Positions 63,001 through 64,000 of a stretch of DNA of 64,000 nt are shown piece by piece. A program made the translations under genes and the position numbers. The DNA is from Microthyrium microscopicum (lineage: Eukaryota), in assembly GCA_010405405.1 (NCBI GenBank), contig MU004237.1, positions 1,313,345 through 1,377,344 on the forward strand, written 5' to 3'. The notes beneath the pieces were generated by a model. That model saw nothing but the letters and a program-made list of their open reading frames with translations, had not been told where the DNA came from and did not search any database. How positions within the stretch are numbered: the first letter of the stretch is position 1; the number at the start of each line of letters is the position of its first letter.

Positions 63001-64000
63001 AAAATACTAAGAAAGCTAAAGAAATATTCTATTAGGTAAAGAAAGACTATAAAAATATTAAAGAAAAGATATAAAAAAAAACTAAAAAGATACTTAGTTA
63101 CTTTTATTAGTATATTTAGCGCCTTAAGTATAAAGATACTATTTATAAAGAATAAGTCTTATTAGTATACTTATACGCTATCTATATCTTACTAGCTTTT
63201 ATTATATTAGTAGTATAGCCTTAAGATATTAAAAAGAAAGATCCTATTATTAGATTATAATAAACTATTATTAGCTTAGTATTTATACTATAGCGTTTAA
63301 CCTACTCTAATGTTAGTATTTTAATTAATACTAGTAGTAGCGTAATAGAAATTATTAACCCTTATTATCTTTAGTAATATAATATTTCTACTTTTTAATT
63401 AGCTTATTTATACTTAGTAATACTTACTAATAGCAAGTTAGTATCTATAGTTAATAAAGCTACTATCCTTAACTTATATATTAAATACTACGTTAAGTAG
63501 ATTAGCTATTTTATTATAAAAGTAGCCTCTTATAATCTAATCCTAAGAGTACTCTAGCTAGATTAATATAAAGTTAACTTATATAGAGGATTAAGAATAT
63601 TAACCTTCTATAATATAAGATATATTATAAATTATATTATATTATAACGCTTTATTACTATAAACCTAAAAGGATAATTTATAAACTTAGAATTACTTAA
63701 AGAATTAGATATCGCTTTTATATTAATAGTAGCGTTTAAGAAACTAATAAAGCGTAAAGATGCTATAGTTAATATATTCTAACCTAAAGATTTTAATAAT
63801 AAAAAAGAAAAGAAACCTCCTAATAGCGACAAAAATAATAATAATAGATTTACTATAAACCTTACTATATATGCTATATTAGAGGAAGATTATTTTAAAT
63901 AGTAAAATAAGTAAGATTACTCTTATCTTTTAAAAGAGAAAATCTTAAAACTTATTTTAGAATATTTCTATTAATATTTTAAAGTCTTTAATCTAAAGTG
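60064..64000 (+). mobile_element. RIP-inactivated Ty3/Gypsy LTR retrotransposon (5' part; runs off the window)
   Basis: LTR-like start TGTAAGG at 60064. Reversing C>T/G>A changes restores a Gag zinc knuckle CIYCGQKGH (about 62674-62700), protease ILIDTG (63318-63335) and, in the same frame, YDLILGVPWL (about 63531-63560). Confidence 0.82.

Overview
Filamentous ascomycete (Pezizomycotina) genomic DNA with short GT-AG introns and RIP-degraded transposons; no tRNA, rRNA or CRISPR was recognised. Recognisable genes: HET-protein-like C-terminus, M43 metalloprotease, CIA30-domain protein, HbxA/Htf1-type homeobox factor with a 6-kb upstream region, HAD glycerol-3-phosphatase, Meu6-like PH protein, Sir2, homocitrate synthase, Acl4, Clr5-domain protein, ACS-family MFS transporter, She4/CRO1, Vps24, p23/Sba1, TTC1, amino-acid permease, PGAP4-like glycosyltransferase and a secreted Cys-rich/Ser-rich protein. 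Mobile DNA comprises a TIR element with an 8-bp TSD (518-1334), a Tc1/mariner-type MITE (4374-4948) and a RIP-destroyed Ty3/Gypsy element (about 60064 to the window end). Three signals stand out. (1) About nine local C/A-to-G/T strand-skew switch points lie inside genes regardless of orientation. (2) An orphan island at 29-37.5 kb holds a transition-damaged pseudogene, a tandem paralog pair with duplicated promoters, and a Clr5 gene head-to-head with an unannotated 76-aa putatively myristoylated amphipathic peptide gene. (3) The Sir2 start codon is split by an intron. All family assignments come from motif recognition by eye, not database searches.
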